64,000 nucleotides of DNA. Source: Iphione sp. A-MEVVRFRX5. Lineage: Eukaryota. The DNA is taken from positions 37,200,001 to 37,264,000 of the forward strand of contig OZ320316.1 in the NCBI GenBank assembly GCA_976226885.1, read 5' to 3'. The translations under genes and the position numbers were made by a program. This document shows, piece by piece, positions 62,287 through 64,000 of the stretch (positions within the stretch are counted from its first letter, which is position 1; each line of letters opens with the position of its first letter). Below the pieces are notes generated by a model that saw nothing but the letters and a program-made list of their open reading frames with translations, was not told the origin of the DNA and did no database searches.

Positions 62287-64000
62287 GACATATCTCCAGG
62301 TTTTAAACTCCCGAAAAGAAATATTTATGTAGGTATTTGTATAAATGTGCGTGCGAATCATAATGGCTTCCCCGTTCACCCGAAAGGTGAACATAAAGCC
62401 ATGGGTGCTGATTATACTCATTTCTACCGAGTTGGTGGGAGCGTTAAGGACATAACTGCATAATGTATTTTGCTACGCAATGGGAACAGACAATACGCAC
62501 TCCTTCAGCATTGATAACGTAGTATTGACCCATTTATATATACTGTCAGGTCCGTGTTGCTAGATTGTAAACGCTATGAGTCATGGCAAGCGTTCATGTT
62601 CGGGCACTGACCATGAGAACCAGCAATATATTAGTTACTTGTATCATAGTGTATATTTTTAATGGCCAAGATGTTAGATTGAGTATTTCGAACAAAATGT
62701 TGTCTAAGTCCGATACTAAAAGAAGCATTTCGGGTGTAAGTTGCAACTACGAGAAACCTATGGTCATTTGGACAATACCAGTCTTCACTGATCCTCAGGT
62801 GAAAGGTAAACGTTAAATTAAGGCTTCCATACCGTAGGTGTGAAAAGTTACCAGACAGCGCAGACTTAGAGAAAAAATTATTTTTTCATTCGGCTTATAG
62901 GCAAATGATATACTTGCTTTAACTGGGGGAGTCATCTGAGTTCCCGATTTATTACTGCTATGATATATAAGCTCATTGTTCAGTTATTTGTTAGAAACTT
63001 TCATTGTTTAAGTTCATACGTGGCAACCTTGCCGTGTATCTGTGATGTCTACAGGAATCGTTATGGAATTTCCTGCTTTGATACGCCAAATTCTATGATA
63101 TAACGTTATATGGTAAGCACCAGATCATACACCACCATCTTTCGTATTTGGCACTATAAATACATCTTGTATGCCAGATGCGTACAATGCTTTGCACCTC
63201 TTCATTAGAAAATTGTGTGATTTAAAAAATACGAATGTGTTCTAGACCTCTTGCCATATTTTGCTTCCTGACACTCTTTTCCCCCTGGCACATGCTGATA
63301 ATTGACGTTCACGTTACACTGTACATCCTCATACCCAAAGATGTGGTCATAGTTTGAACACAATCGATAGTACGAGTAGCACCAAAACTGTATTGGCAAC
63401 ATACAAGGTGCATCGCGACTATGTACACGTAATGCTAGATATATATAAAAGTAAGACTTATGACTATTAGATGGCATTTCTTCAGTTACGATGGATTGCA
63501 CAACTTGTAGCCGGTCATATTATCTCAGTCGAGAATGTCTATTCCACCTCATGACTGGTCATGCAGTCTGTCGCTCTTCATCAACCAAGTGAACTCATAA
63601 AAAGTCATTAATCCTGAATCCTGAGATTTGCACTTTGCACTGGCGAGTTTTCTCGGATACAGCTTATAGCATGTGCTATTTAAAGAGAGTTATGAAGTAA
63701 CAACTGTCAGCAACGTATGACATGTAACCAAGCCTTGGTATATGTTCAAGTGAAACGTTGCTGCTGAGCATACAACGGCTTTCATATACACGTTTTGTAG
63801 CATCAGAACATGGAGTAAACAAAGACCCAGTAAGGTTTTGATATACGTTAAGTACCTGCAGAACATCTGGGACCCGCCAAATACTCGAGTTTGTAGACTT
63901 AATCCTCCTGTGTGATAATAAAAGTGCAATTGATGTTAGCCATCGCACATGTGTTTTCTTATATATTCTGTCGCAGGTAATATTTCTGCTAACATAGAGC

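Noticed and set aside
63205-63948. ORFs of 79-98 aa at the window end
   Set aside because: No motifs or clear splice structure; they could belong to a feature extending beyond the window but are unsupported here.

Overview
Intron-rich, repeat-rich eukaryotic DNA, most likely an invertebrate animal; the organism cannot be fixed from the sequence alone. The one well-supported complete gene is on the + strand. It has 12 coding exons (43139-62286), all with GT-AG introns and consistent phases, and splices to 2997 nt / 998 aa. The protein has a short N-terminal helical module, a dynamin-like GTPase of BDLP/mitofusin type ([16 protein letters not shown]), a helical stalk with a 27-aa hydrophobic segment, and a C-terminal DSTYK-related kinase. 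About 3.2 kb upstream, head-to-head on the - strand, is a start-codon exon (39905-39636, 90 aa, phase-0 GTAAGT donor). It encodes an ungapped, divergent copy of the same ~45-aa N-terminal module, which suggests a divergent gene pair sharing an interaction domain. I could not confidently find that gene's remaining exons. The left ~39 kb is mostly decayed mobile DNA: three CR1/L2-type LINE RT remnants, a pogo/Tigger transposase remnant lacking its DDE core, TA-flanked MITEs, and a tRNA-derived SINE with a Nin/Deu-like core. It also holds microsatellites and an orphan cluster of promoter-like motifs. Most short ORFs in the supplied track look spurious. All family assignments come from motif recognition by eye; no database searches were run.
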